The notes under the pieces were generated by a model that was not told the DNA's origin, made no database searches, and saw only the letters and a program-made list of their open reading frames with translations. A stretch of 64,000 nucleotides of DNA from assembly GCF_036588685.1 (NCBI RefSeq), contig NC_086375.1, positions 88,164,001 to 88,228,000 of the forward strand, written 5' to 3'. The first letter of the stretch is position 1. Each line of letters begins with the position of its first letter. Origin of the DNA: Mytilus trossulus (taxonomy: Eukaryota). Shown here piece by piece: positions 11,897 to 26,000 of the stretch. A program made the position numbers and the translations under genes.

Positions 11897-14800
11897 TTCG
11901 GCAATACTTACACACAGTTTGACATAGAACATCCAGATTTGCAGTGGTTCATTTTATACTGAACCTTCCTATAATTGTGCAGAATGTCTGTAATAAACGC
12001 AAAACAATTTGATTCGATATTGTACTACAATGTATATGTCTTTATTTTAGCTTTACGCCTCGGTTGTTACTTTTTGATTGCGGGTTTGGTTTAGCTGCAT
12101 GCCCAAAGTTGTTGTTATTATAAACTCATTGGCAAGCAAACCACATATATAATCTATAATTTTTTTATATATTGATTTACACGAGAGATTTATTTTTTAA
12201 ATGCACGTTTTGTTTTTTAAAATTAATCCTTAGCAATTTTTGTTTTGAATGTTCATTTTCATCGATCCTCACTGCTTGAACTGTTACAAAATGCACGCAT
12301 AATAAGGAGAAAACAATACTCTAATTTCATTTTCATTTGGTTTTGTATATAAGTTCACTTAAATCTCTAATTGGTTGATTAATATGTGTGATATAGGGTT
12401 CGTTTAAACTTATTTCTTTATTGGTCAAAATAGAAATGTTCTTGAAAACCTCTGAATTTCCTTTTATTGCTTACAGATGGTAGTATTCTGCTTTTCTGCT
12501 GTCATTTTCATTGAAACGCTCATCTCTAAATATCTGTCGCTCTCTGCTAGTGATAATAATGATGTCTTAAGATGGAGTCAAACCTCACCATATGTTCGAC
12601 CCTGTATCACTATATCCTGAGGTTGGCAGCCGAACATCTACTCGTCAGCACTCGGCTTCCAGCTCAAATTATCTAGGCATTGCATAACCAGAAAGATGAA
12701 CGGTCTGTTGCTTATCCTAGTAATCCTACTGCTGAAACAGAACGAAAAAGTTTGTCACTGCTTCGGACGATATGAGTATTCTCGTTTGGTTAATCGGAAG
12801 TGTGTGAACGCCGTATATTTTCCGTCATCATCAGTTCACTATCTGGTCACCACAGTCTGAACTCTGTCGGATCGCGTTCGGGATATATTCGGTCGTTTTT
12901 AACCATGCGATAGATTCAAATCGGTTGCAAAAGGCTGTCGTAAAACGCTTCCTGAATGATATCTGATTGTTGTCGTGATTAAATAATTATTTTAACAAAT
13001 TTTAATTAAAGTTTGAATTTATAGCAACGATTCCCATGATTCTTATCATTCTTTCGACAATATTAATCGGGAATGGTGCTGTCATGGCCGGCTGTTAAAA
13101 TCAGCTTAAAGGATGTCACAATTGCAGTGGCAAATATGTGTTGCTTAGTTAGGATTTCTCTTTATAACACAAATAAATCATTTGGTATGATTCGTAATCA
13201 GACTACTATCCACCAAAACTCAACTTCACAGACGTAAATAACTACATGTAACCGTACGGCCTGCAACAACGATTACAAATCAATCCTGTACAGTCGGTTT
13301 TAAATAAAACGAAAAAAACAGAATGGAAAACAGTTACCAACAGAAACCAGAGAATTATAGGCTTCAAATTAGACAGACATGTAACACGTATGACACTTCC
13401 AGGAACAATGGTGTACTAATTTAACTGCAAGTGTTATATTTATTTGTGTCATTGGGTTGTTGTCACATAGAAACTTACCCACCTCTCTTTTAACTCATAA
13501 GTATTTTGTTTGATATAACTATAAGCGATATCCGAGAAATATTAAAAAAATACATATTGCTGGTATATTTATACATAATATTATAAAATCTATAACACAA
13601 GTTCCTTCACGTTTCGGCCATCACGGCCTTCTTCATTGGAATCTAAATAACCATTTCTTTACGCGAATGGAAACCGTACCATAAACAGTTCTACACCAAA
13701 CAACATGAATTATTAATAACAAAATATGTAGTATGGTTGCCATTGAGACAACTGTCCGTCAGAATCAAAATGAAGTAGAAATGAGCAACTATACGACATC
13801 GTAGACCTACAACTTGTACAGCAACCCAAGCGATAATATATATATATCTTTCACTGGGAACTGTACTGCCGATTTTATTCGATTTTAGAAACAATACTTA
13901 GAACATAGTCAACTTCATAGATGTAAATAATTACAGGTAACCTTAGTCTTCTACAATGAGCAAAAAGAAAGAAAGAAAGTTTAGAGAAAATAGACAGTCA
14001 ATAAGCCACCAGTTAAAATCTCTTCATAAAGTTTAACATAATCCAATTCTCTGTTGAAATCTTGATATTTATAATACCAAATAAGTTTGGTTATTGAACT
14101 GACCTGTGGAAGAGAGTTGTATTGAAATACTGTCGAAAATGTATTCATGTGCACTGTAAATGACCAGATTTTACTTGATGTTGCATTTCCATACTATGTT
14201 GGACAAATATGTATTTATTTTAATTAAAATTCTTAATGGGTAAAATAATTCATTTTCAAACTCTTCTGCCCCCTCTACTCTAAAAAAAATATATCAAATG
14301 GATGTACATGTCTGTTGTTCGTTTTCTGAACCAGACACGGAGAATCAAATCAGTGTTCTTAAGTATAGTCCGCTTTAGCTATTAAAAAAATATGCGGTAT
14401 GATTGCCAATGATACAAAAGACCAAATGACGCAGAAATTAACCACTATAGGTCACCATGCGGCCTTCAACAATGAGCCAAGCCCATATCGCATATTCAGC
14501 TACAAAAGGCCCCGAAATGATAAACAAGAAAACTAGCGCCCAAATTTATGTATAAAAACTTGAACGAAAAACAAATATGTAATGCATCGACAAACGACAA
14601 CCACTGAATTACAGGCTCCTGAATTATTGACAGACACATACATGTACATACATAATGTGGCAGAGTTAAACATGTAAGTGGGATCCAAATCAGTTGAAAA
14701 AGAATTAATTAACTCATAAGATGGATTCAAATGGAAATACATCTAACAAAAACACAGAGTTGACGTGGCTGGGTACTTGTATATCCATAGGCAACAACAA

Positions 14801-15559
14801 AAAGACACCAAGTACTGATTGTTTTCTTCATTAGTTGCAATTATTTAAGAGTCGAAAAATGTCCTTACCAATGACAAAATATGCATAGATCATTAAATTA
14901 ATGTGGAAATGCAATATGTTGATTCAATGGTAGCCGACATGTTGTAAATATCTCAGATTTGATATTGCCCTTTGCATTTGATGATTTTTTTTTTCGCAAA
15001 GTGCGATGAATTTTATTTAGTTTTTCAACGCTACCAATCTTGTTTTTTACTATTCAAAACTAAAACGTACGGGGAAAATCGGGGTTCATTGATAATATTT
15101 TTATGTCGTCAAGCAGAATATTTTTCTCTTTATCAAATTGGGAAATATTAAGCAATAAATAATAAAATCACCCATGTATGTCAAGGTTGTTTATTGTATT
15201 TATATATAGCCTTGGCATAATGTACAAATACAATTTTCTGAAAATGTGGTTGACCTATATTCGCTGTAAATTTACACATATAAATATCTTAGGATACGAG
15301 ACAAAAAGAAAATGCTAAACATACATTGTACTAAATGTAGCCACGATACATCAATTCATATTTTATTTTCTGCTAATACACACTTATCAAATCAAATATA
15401 AACGATTCATCGCATGTTAGCGTACATTACAATGATTTCTTTATATCGTATTTGTTTGTAAACATGACCTAAATATAGCTAATATTATGCTGACGTATTG
15501 CGGCAAATATCGATCCATTTATAGATTATGAAAATGGAAGTAGAATTGTACATAGCGCT

Positions 15560-15569
15560 GGGAATTTCT
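15560..15569 (+). promoter_or_regulatory. NF-kB-like site upstream of TNF-like gene 2
   Basis: GGGAATTTCT differs from GGGRNWYYCC at one position and lies ~125 bp upstream of the ATG. A CRE-like TGACGT is at ~15491. Confidence 0.35.
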
Positions 15570-15694
15570 AGTAAACAGACTTAGGTCAACATTTAAAAAT
15601 GATCTAGCCATGGAGTTTATGCATGCTTTATACTAACAGCAGGTGCTTGCTATTTAATTCATTTACACAGTTATAAACGCAGGAATCTTTAAAA

Positions 15695-18600
15695 ATGGAA
15701 TCAGATAATCCTTCGGATAACATGCTTATTAGCAATTCAACCAGTATGACAGATAGTAACAAAACAGACAAGTATACACAGAGGCTGAATAATGTGTTCA
15801 AAGTATCGCTTGTTGTAAACATTTTTCTACTCTGTACGCTCATATTTTTGTTTATTTTCAAAACGTTTGGAAAAAATGACGATGACGACGCTAAAGCTGA
15901 TTATGTTAATATAAAAATGCCGGATTCTGGAGTTTGTTTTCCATGTGATTATCTTGGACCTGATGTTAAAAAGGAGGACACTTTATATGACCACATACAA
16001 ATAACAGAAAACGGACAGAAGCTTTGTTGCATAACAAGTCTCCCAGACATCACAACGCTGATGCGAAAGGTAAATAACCTGTGCAGAAAAAAAGGGGGGG
16101 GGGTATAGAATGTATTTACATAGATGGCTACTAGTAACTCTTATGGTCTCTTATGGTTCTTCTTATATTTTTTTTATTTTGCGGACCCGCAAATTGTCAT
16201 AAAATATCAATAGGTCCTCAGAGCTACATGTTTAGGTCCGTAGCTAAACTTGACATCACTCATTAGTGTGTATGCTTGAAAAGAATCATAAAGATCATTG
16301 CTACTATATTTTTAACATGAACAAATAAAATTACGAGGGTTAAGTTGGTTTTTTTTTCGTTTAACTTCACAAAAAAAAACCCAACACCTTACTACAAACA
16401 AACAAGGATACTATCATGATGAAAATGCTGGAACAATTATTTTTTGTAATATAATATAAGGCCTACACGTATTATTTGTTTTAAGAAAAGTCTGATACAT
16501 AATTACTTAATGTCAGTGTAAATGTACATTATAAGCTTATGAACAAATGCAGATAAAATGTTCACGTTATGTAATTTGACCATTAATTTCACAATACCAT
16601 ACAACAGTGTAGTTTGATTGACGTATCATAGCTGTTAATTCCAAACTGATTCATTGAATTATTAAATATGCATACAATCAATTGTGAAAGAGTGAAGTGT
16701 TATTATCCTGATGCTTTAATTGTGCAAAAATATGAAGATAAAACTACCAAGTTTAGACCCCAATCTAATTATGTGAATAGATCATGGTGATAGCGAAAGG
16801 CAGTAAGTGATACACGATCAAATAGAGGAATATTGCGAAATCGGGGTTGAAAATTATGTCATGATGTAATTTTAGTTATTTATTTATTTTAACATTTTAG
16901 GTTGTTGAACGTCAGTTTCCACCAGGCGAACATGACTACAGTAAGTTTAATATTTCAGTTCTAAAAGAGGGACGAAAGATACCAAAGGGACAGTCAAACT
17001 CGTAAATCTAAAACAAACTGACAACGCCATGGCTAAAAATGAAAAAGACAAACAGAAAAACAATAGTACACATGACACAACATAGAAAACTAAAGAATAA
17101 ACAACACGAACCCTACCAAAACTAGGGGTGATCTCAGGTGCTCCGGAAGGGTAAGCAGATCCTGCTCCACATGCGGCACCCGTCGTGTTGCTTATGTGAT
17201 TACAAATCCGGTAAATAGTCTAATTCTGTAGGTCAAATTCATGAAAGGGAAGGGGATTGTAGTTACGACGTAAGGAACATATCCGATATCATTTGTGAAA
17301 CGGTTATTCTATAACGGTCAACCAACTCGTGATGGCGTTCGTAAAATTTACGAAGGGATGATTTCAACTTCACCATTTGGAACTCTTGGTTTAATAGCTT
17401 CTTTGTGAGTAGTAACCCTCTATCAAGAAAATCATGATAGGAAATGCAAGCACAGGAATATTGTATCTAATATATGTCAGAGTTATCTCGCTTTAAACAG
17501 ATAAATACAAAATTACATTTGAATATCGGAAATGATTATGTTTGGTTTGTCAGACATTGAAGTGAAAGAGAAATCTGTAAATGATTTTGACGATGGAAAT
17601 GTACAATAAATTATTGTTTGCGACACTTTTCCGTTAATTATCGGTCAACCTTTTCTTTACAGACCCAACAAGCTACCCATGGGAATAATATGATGTTCAT
17701 CAAATAAAAGAGTCATCTTCTACTCTATAAAATATGACATATCTGTGCATTTGAATAACAATAACATATATTTATTTTTACAGCTGAAGATTCAAGGGTT
17801 CGGCAATCAATAAAATGGTGGCGGGAGAGACCACATTCAATTCACATGTACCATGACACGACAGGTATGTACATAAATTAATGTTTAACAGTGATTTTGA
17901 AGAAAGAAACACATTTAGCTGGACCAAATTTGTTTTTGATGCGTATTTCATCATTTCTTTATAGTTTCAATTAGAATAAAAATAAAAAAATCACTCCATT
18001 CAATACTATCGTTATTTGTGAGTACAGCACGTCAAACAGAACTTGCAGAAGAAATAACTCTGTTAATTTCATAAAATATATATGGTGAAGAGATTATTAT
18101 GCATATATATGTCATGATATATCAACATCTTGTTACATATTGTGATATACATTAAAATGTCTAATTGTTTGAGTGATGGAGAGGAAAATTCCAAACATAA
18201 ACATTTAGCTGAAAAAATAGTTTGATCCGCTGTATAAAACCTGCCTGTATTAGTATAACGTTATAAGTTAGTAGGCTGTCTCATATTAGGGTTAAATTAA
18301 ATATGTAGACTATCTGTTTGTTATCAGTTAAATTTTCTTTCCTCAGCAAACAATTTAACATGGACTCTGCGAGAGGATGGACTTGGAACAGCCTTCACCA
18401 ATGGAATCCGTGCTGTTGACAACAGATTTGTAGTGCCTAGACATAATCTCGGCGATTCGGCTCTGTACTTCATATACGCAGCTGTTACATTCGACTTTGC
18501 AGACGAGAGTTACTTAAAAGTTGTACCGACAGTATATCATAACATTACTCGCCGCCACCCGAATCTGCCCAAAACAGGAGAAATTTCCATGTTGATGAGC

Positions 18601-18759
18601 AAATATGGTGGATCGGCGGAATCTGATCGAATCCATACCAGCTTCTTATGTGGAACTTTTAAATTACAAAGTGGTTATGAGATCGGTTCATATGTTGACT
18701 CGTTTGAATATGTTAAAAAATCGACATATGCTAGTTATTTTGGTATGTTTAGGTTGTGA
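15695..18759 (+). CDS. TNF superfamily ligand-like protein 2 (type II membrane protein, ~302 aa; exons 15695-16069, 16901-16940, 17784-17864, 18347-18759)
   Basis: It has a TM segment (VSLVVNIFLLCTLIFLFIF) and a Cys stalk (VCFPC..LCC). Canonical GT-AG sites with phases 0,1,1 give a 909-nt open frame. THD motifs are RPHSIHM, LTW, ALYFIYAAVTF, FLCGTFKL and SYFGMFRL*. It is a clear paralog of gene 3. Confidence 0.92.
16960..17468 (-). mobile_element. Penelope-like element 3' fragment in intron 2 of gene 2
   Basis: The minus strand translates as ..ACISYHDFLDRGLLLTKKLLNQEFQMVKLKSSLRKFYERHHELVDRY, typical of the end of Penelope RT. It is followed by a non-coding segment (GGAGCAGGATCTGCTTACCCTTCCGGAGCACCTGAG) that is also seen in diverged form at ~4900-4950. 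Confidence 0.8.
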
Positions 18760-19964
18760 TTGTGTGTGTTAGTGGACAAGGTTGTATGTGGATTATGAGA
18801 TAGAATAAGTGAGTGGGGGAATGCATCTGTGTCGTGTGATGTTATGTTTTACATGTTTAATCGGAGGTTAATATTGTACTAAATCTCTTCGTTGTTTATT
18901 GTTTATTGTTTTAAGTGTAGTTTTATCAAAATGGCACTCGTTTATAGGTTTTTATATTGAATTCGAAGTAGCTTTAAAAATTTTACGTTTTGAAAATTGA
19001 GTTGAAATAGAATGATAACAATCATGATTGTTTTTGATTGATGTTTTCATGAATCAGTTTTGTTGTTGTAAAGTTATATGTTGACAGCATAGAACTATTT
19101 ATTGTTACGTTTTTTCCCTCTGTTTAGCAATGGAAAAGTATATAAATGGCTTGGGAATGGCTTTGTCAGATTTAATTTGTTGAATTGTTCAAAATATTGT
19201 TTGTTAACCATGTCAAGACATTTTAACATTTGTTGCAGCCTTTATTGATCGTGACATTTAAGAGACTGTAAAGCTTCCGCAACACATTTTGGATTTTATT
19301 TTTAATCCTATGATTTTGTTTTCAATCAAATGACCGTCATCTTGTGTTGGATAATTTGATTAAATTGCAAATTCTTTTCTTCTCGATTTGAAAGAGTCGA
19401 AATTCCGTTTGATTATTCTTTTGTTGTATTTAGTTACATAGTATCTTTCCTTGCAAACACTGCCCTAATGCAAGCAATATAAGAATACACAATGTAGTAT
19501 GTACCATATTTGTTGTAGGTCTATATAAGTTTCTCGTTTTCTTGTGCAGCTCGAAATATTTATAAATAGTTATGTTTATATGGGAGAATATGATTCATTT
19601 CCCAAAACAAACAACCATCTGTGTGTCCATGTAATGGAAATCATTATCAGACGTTTTGTTGAATCTTTATATAACTTGGTATCATTCAAGATCCGCATTT
19701 GTCATCTGCATTATTGTAAATATGAGTATACATAATTAGTTAATAAAATTGACTCTGTTTTTTTTTATTTTTTTTTATTTATATTTGTATGTTGAGAAAA
19801 AAAATAAAGATGCTAGTAATGGTATTCTCAGTGAACTATTCAGTTGAGGTACTGCAGGAGTTTTGTTGAAGCAGTTTTTTCCAATCTTTTACTGTTTTGC
19901 GAAGAACTAGAATCTGTTATTGTCGGTTTCCCATATGAATATGGTGAGATATCGTAAATACATG

Positions 19965-20810
19965 TAGTTTCCATATTTCAGACTGACTCATATAATAAAA
20001 TTATTTGTCCACAACAACCAAAACTGACCATATAAGCATTTTATTAAGTAAATCTATACAGCAGCATAGTAAATGAGTTATATTTTCATGAAAGGATTGA
20101 TTGTATAATAAAAAAGGTAGCAATATTTGAATATTATGACTATAAAATTTTGTTCGCATAAATTTAGAGTGTCAGCATGTCCTTTTTTTATTCAAAATAT
20201 TTAATAGTAAACAAAATTAAGTAGTTTTCATACATCAGACTAATTCGTAATATATAATTATTTGTCCGAAACAACCAAAACTGACCATATAAGCATTTTA
20301 TTATGTAAATCTATATAGCAGCATATTAAATGAGTTATATTTTCATGTAAGGATTGATTGTATAATAAAATAGGTAGCAATATTTGAATATTAAGACTAA
20401 AAAAATTTGTTCACATCAATTAAGAGTGACAGCATGTCCTTTTTTTATTCAAAATATTGAATCGTAATCAAAATTCAGTAGTTTTCATACCTCAGACTGA
20501 CTCATATAATAGAATTATTTGTCCGCAACAACCAAAACTGACCATATAAGCATTCTATCATGTAAATCTATATAGCAGCATATTAAATGAGTTATATTTT
20601 TATGTAAGGATTAATTGTATAATGAATTTTGTTTGCATAAATTTAAAGTGCCAGCATGTCCTTTTTTTATTCAAAATATTGAATATTGAAACAAATTTCA
20701 GTAGTTTTCTAACCTCACACTGACTCGCATTATAACCAAAAACACAGACCATATTAGCACTATATATAGCTGCATAGTAAATTAGTTATATTTCCATGTA
20801 AAGATAGCAA
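19965..20810. repeat. Tandem repeat, ~257-bp unit, ~3.4 copies
   Basis: Units start with TAGTTT(C/T)CATA..CAGACTGACTC at ~19965, 20222, 20479 and 20702, and share a diverging AACAACCAAAACTGACCATATAAGCATT motif. Confidence 0.9.
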
Positions 20811-21019
20811 CATTTGAACATTTAAGTTGACGAGATGGTACAAATGTACATACTTATATTACACTTTAATGATACCCCTTTCAAATTATACACTGTACAA
20901 TTTACGTTTTTTATCATTTGTCAAAACAGAATCTTATCGACATGTTAATCCAAGGCAAACAAGGTGAATTTCGATTAAAAATAATGTATTAAATGCACCG
21001 AGTTTTAGTTAGGAATTCG

Positions 21020-22495
21020 AAGAGACAATTAAACACGATTACATCCTTCATAACCATACTTTAGAACTAGTAACATCTGCAAAATATCTTGGCGTAACCC
21101 TACAGTCTAACTTAAGGGCATACGATACAGTTTTGAACCTGTATTTACAAGTTCGTGAAAATTTGCATATAGGCTAATTTTTACCTGATGAAATCAAATA
21201 TGTAATAAAAAATATACCTCCATGTGCTACTTTTTGAGTAAAATGAGGTCGAAATTTTGTATATTTGCTCAAAATTCAGATTTGTGGCCGTAATTTCTTT
21301 TTCGAAAGAAAGACATAACTTTTTTGTTATAAAAGATAAACACAAATTGTTTTTTGTTAAATAATCGGTAATTTCTGTATTTTATAAATATTATAAAAAA
21401 TATGCAATTTTTTATTCAGAAATAACTCATATTTATCAAATGTTCATGAATTGAGGAAAAAACGTCATTTTTTACTGCATGTTTATCAAAATTAAAAAAA
21501 ATCCTCTATTTACAGTTTTATAAAATTCGGGTCACATATTTTCCCTGCAAAATGAAACAAAATGCCGTTTTGAAAAATAGGGGTCCATGAACTCGTTTTC
21601 AAATTAAATCAGTTTGAATGATAAAAATCAGTCGAAAAATGCATCTTTTCTCGATATATCACAGTTTGACGTCGCGAAAATAACAAATTACGTTAGCAAC
21701 GTCATTGCCTTCCCTGTAACTGTATCGTATGCCCTTAATTAAAATGGAACATTCACTACAACAACATCGTATCAAATGCAAATAAATCTCTTGGCTTTCT
21801 TAGGCGAAACTTAAAAATTTCTAACTCCAGTATCAAATCCCGTGCTTACCAATCAATAGTGAGACCAAAACTTGAATATGCCTGTAGTCTATGGGATCCA
21901 CACACAGCAGATTATAAAAATAAGCTAGAAATGATACAGAGGCGTGCGGCCCGATATGTATGTAACAATTACCACAACACCAGTAGTGTTACATCCATGT
22001 TAAACGAACTACAATGGCCCTCACTCAGTGAGCGCCGCCTCAAAACCAGACTTATCATGTTCTACAAGGTCATCCATGGACTCATTGCAATCCCATCACT
22101 AGTCCTCATACCATCAGATACTAGAACAAGAAAATTACATACTCAAACATTTCGGCAAATATCCACCTCTAAAGACAGCTACAAATGGTCATTCTTTCCG
22201 CAAACAATCATTCAATGGAACATGTTGCCACAAGTTGTGGTAGCAAGTCAAACCATTGAAATTTACAGAGATCAGTTGACACCAACTGTTCTCCACAACA
22301 TAATTTAATTCTATAAATAACAATGTACATATTTTTTAATCACTTGTTGTTTTTTTTCATGTAAATATCACCAAGTATTCTACTAAGTTAAAGATAAATT
22401 TTTGTTCATATTTTTTAAACATATACTCCGCGCATGCAACAGTTCGTAATCTTCAATAATAATGAAGCTGTAACTGTATATCAGAAAAAGAAGAT
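21020..22495 (+). mobile_element. 3' fragment of a CR1/L2-group LINE, interrupted by a TTAA-targeting DNA element
   Basis: Translation gives LELVTSAKYLGVTLQSNL|KWNIH..NKSLGFLRRNL..VRPKLEYACSLWDPH..LEMIQRRAAR..SFFPQTIIQWNMLP (ORF 21859-22308). An AAG-type tail is at ~22485-22492. Confidence 0.88.
21116..21734. mobile_element. Non-autonomous DNA transposon with TTAA TSD (Kolobok-like)
   Basis: It has a perfect 17-bp TIR, GGGCATACGATACAGTT / AACTGTATCGTATGCCC, with TTAA on both sides. Removing it and the duplicated TTAAs restores the LINE frame SNLKWNIH. Confidence 0.9.
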
Positions 22496-22827
22496 TATAA
22501 ATGGGGAACGAAACAACGTAAACCATGATGTTTATATCCCATCATATAATATTCTCCCGATGTCTCGGATAACCTTTCTTTCCCTATCGATATTTGAACA
22601 TGTAACTTTTGAAAGAAAATATATAAAATCTGCCAATCAGTAAAGTTAATGGACTTTTTGAAAATGATTTTGTGTAATTAAATATTTCGATTAAAAGAGT
22701 TTTTGAATTGTTCTGGTTTGAAACACATATACGTAAAATATTAAGACTAAAGGTCGTTTTTTATAAAATAAATGTGCAAATGAACTTGAAGTTTATTTCT
22801 AAATTTTCCCAATCAGTTAACGCGAAA

Positions 22828-23056
22828 AGTAAACGTGCGTTTACTTTCAAGTGCACGTAAAAATACTCTTGTACAATCTGTAGTAAACGCCCGTTTACTT
22901 TTAAGTGCACGTAAAAATAAATTTGAAGAATTCTGAAGTAAACGCCCGTTTACTACTGACTAAACGGACACATAGTAAACGCCCGTTTACTAGGGTAGAC
23001 ATTAGAAATTTCCATTTCGACCACGTTAACGTAATTATAGTAAACGTGCGTTTACT
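22828..23056. repeat. Array of five 18-bp palindromes AGTAAACG(CC/TG)CGTTTACT
   Basis: Copies start at 22828, 22882, 22937, 22974 and 23039, separated by 36, 37, 19 and 47 bp. Confidence 0.8.
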
Positions 23057-26000
23057 AGTTAACTGGAAATTTGAAGTTAACTAACGAAATATGTGCACGC
23101 GGCGTTAACTTGCGTTTACTTTATGTAATGCTTGGTCTGCACCCAACTGTATGCCAGCGAAACTATTCGCCAGAGGACAGTGAATAAATAAAACAAAAAA
23201 CGAAGACCATTGTACGACCTTCAATAATGAGCAAATATCGGTGACAAAAATATGAAATTCGCTCGATTCTAAACAGAAAACAAACAATTTGTGCTGAAAC
23301 ATGCCACAATGTGAGAACATATTTCGTTTTTGGAAGTCCTCTCTCTTTTAAAAAAAAAAAAAAATTCCCAACGGTTTACAATGGAAGCATCATATTATCA
23401 AATCATATTTGACAATAGAAGATGATCGGTTACCTTAATACAATGTATAAATGGATGAAACACGTAAAGAACATAAATCATCAATATTATGGCTAGTTGA
23501 AGACATGAGCCTATCCGATAATAATTCGGAAATCCACCTTAGTATATGTTGACTATATAATACATGCAAGCTGATAGGCTAATAACTACTTTGATGAGTA
23601 AGAAGTAACATATCCCCACATCAGCATTCTCATCAACCGACACTTACGTGCGAATACATTTGTAAAAACATACAAGTCAATTCCCTTTATAAGCGAAGAT
23701 TATATCGTCTTTATATTGATAATAATGCGACACAAGAACCCATGCAAAGCATGTTTACATATTGAAGAGAGCAGACACCGATGACATGAAATCAGAAACA
23801 TATGCACTTTCAAAAATAAATCACAAGGTCTTTCCCAAATACAAAGCTTAGAACGATAAAAGTGGGAGCTTATAACATCGGGAACATGGAACACACGTAC
23901 TATCAAATATCCCTTCAACTGGAGTGCACCAAGCTTGCATTAATGGTATATAGTAAAGTGTCTTACAAGAAAGAAAAGAAATCTTTTTAAAATGTGCAGA
24001 CCCCCCTCAAAAAATAAAATCAAATCAAAACTACAAGAAATACAATCCTGTAAAGAAAGACCAATTTAACGATCGTAAGAAGTTATATTCTATATTTATC
24101 TTAGACACAAAAAAGCCGAGATCAGTAATCAAATCTAGAAAAATTCAGGAGCTGCCATAAGAAAAAATGATGTTAAAATTGCTGATCAATTTAGAAACAA
24201 TAACGAAACCGTGCTCAGATAACGAAATAAATCAACTATTATTTTAAGATTTTAAGACAAACGAAAACGAGAACATCAACCGGCAAAGATAACAAAACCA
24301 TATGCATGCATAGAAAAATCATTGGTAAAGACAAATGGAATCATAGAATAACTGGCGAATCTCGACATACATTAGGTATCTGGACAAGATAATATTTCTA
24401 CAAAATTTTACCCATACATATCCCACTTTGTCAAATCTCCGTTGGTCATGAAAAATTAACTATCTAATTAAAAAAAATCAGAGTCATGCAGGACTCTGAG
24501 GAACAAACTTAAAACGGCTTCGAAACTTTCGTTTAGTTCGTATTTTCGAAAGAAGTGTCACCAGAAACTTCTGCGGTACTCTGAAGTCCCGCAAGAAGGG
24601 TTTGCTAGAATGATGCGTCTTATTTCTACTCAAGAACGGTCATCAAATGTAAGACTTTTTTCTGCTGATTGCGTTCTGTGTCATAAGACATGAATGGAAC
24701 TATAAACAACTGACATAAGTTGGAAGTTAAGCTAGCAATAAAACGAGTTCCGTTGATTGATAGTGTTTTGTACGTTTTTACGAACTTCACTTTTTTAAAT
24801 TTGTCATGGAGTTCGGTTTTCGTTGTACTTCATCATGGTAACACAATTCAAAGTTAGCTTAAGGACATGCAACATTGTGAGGCAGACTGGCAGATGAAAT
24901 TTAACTCCTCAGACTCACCATAAATCGGAATCCACTTAAGCCAAACTGCAAAACAAACGGTCACATCGTTGCCTTGTCCTGTGTCCTAAATCATATGTCC
25001 ACATGTTGTCCATGTAACAACCATATTACATGAATACAGTTATAAGTTGCTTTCAAATTTTTGTTCAATTCTTTACTTGACTTATGTCTTGTAGATGAAT
25101 GTAAATGTAGCAGTTTGGGTCATGCTTGTTTCTTATATCCTTTTTAATTCGTGTATTCGAATATTTGATTACACTATAATTGTTTAACCTAACGATTCGG
25201 GGAACGCCTTGTTGAACATTAAATTTATGTCTCATAGTGGACAGAGTGCTTCTACAATATTCACTAGTAAATATGGTGTTCTGCATAAAATATATAGCAA
25301 GGGTGTGTCTTGTTGGATTGTTTGGTTCCTTATTGGAATTGTTATCTAACTAGTAGTCTTTTAGATGCTGGTTGATTATTGAATCAGGTTTGCCATGTTT
25401 TACTAATACAGTAACTTATAATTGTGCTAAATTCCTCAAATAATTTTATAAGTGAAATATGATTTACAAATTACTTGGTTAATTGAATATATTTTGCTTA
25501 ATGATGTATACAGTTTTCAAATGATTCACTTTGTAAAAGAGGGACGAAAAATGCCAGAGGAACATCCCAACTCATATGTCGAAAATAAACAGACAACGGC
25601 ATGACTTAAAACCAATAGATACACAAAAAGTACACAAAACACAACATTATAAAGAAACTAAAAACTACTTAAACTTGTCTTGAATTACTTACATTTGTGT
25701 CCAGTTCAGGCATGTATGGTGAAAGTAGATATTTACTGGTTGATAATTAGCTGTTATTGGCTTTGAATAAGCTGTCAGTAACTGTGAATACTCTGATATC
25801 TTTACTAAGTGCCTTTTTGTTGTTGAGATGTACAAGTACCCGGTCACGTTGTAATCGTTGTAAAATATTCATCGGTAGATGTTATAATGGGGTTCGTGTT
25901 GTTTATTCTTTAGTTTTAATGTTGTGTCATGTGTACTATTGTGATTTCTGTTTGTCTTTTTCATTTGTAGCCTTGGCGTTGTCAGTTTGATTTAGATTTA

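Noticed and set aside
22828-23056. CRISPR array
   Set aside because: The context is eukaryotic, repeats are only 18 bp, spacer lengths are irregular, spacers 1 and 2 resemble each other, and there are no cas genes.
23430-24720. Possible decayed Penelope ORF or exon
   Set aside because: Only faint motif resemblance; no frame could be reconstructed with confidence.
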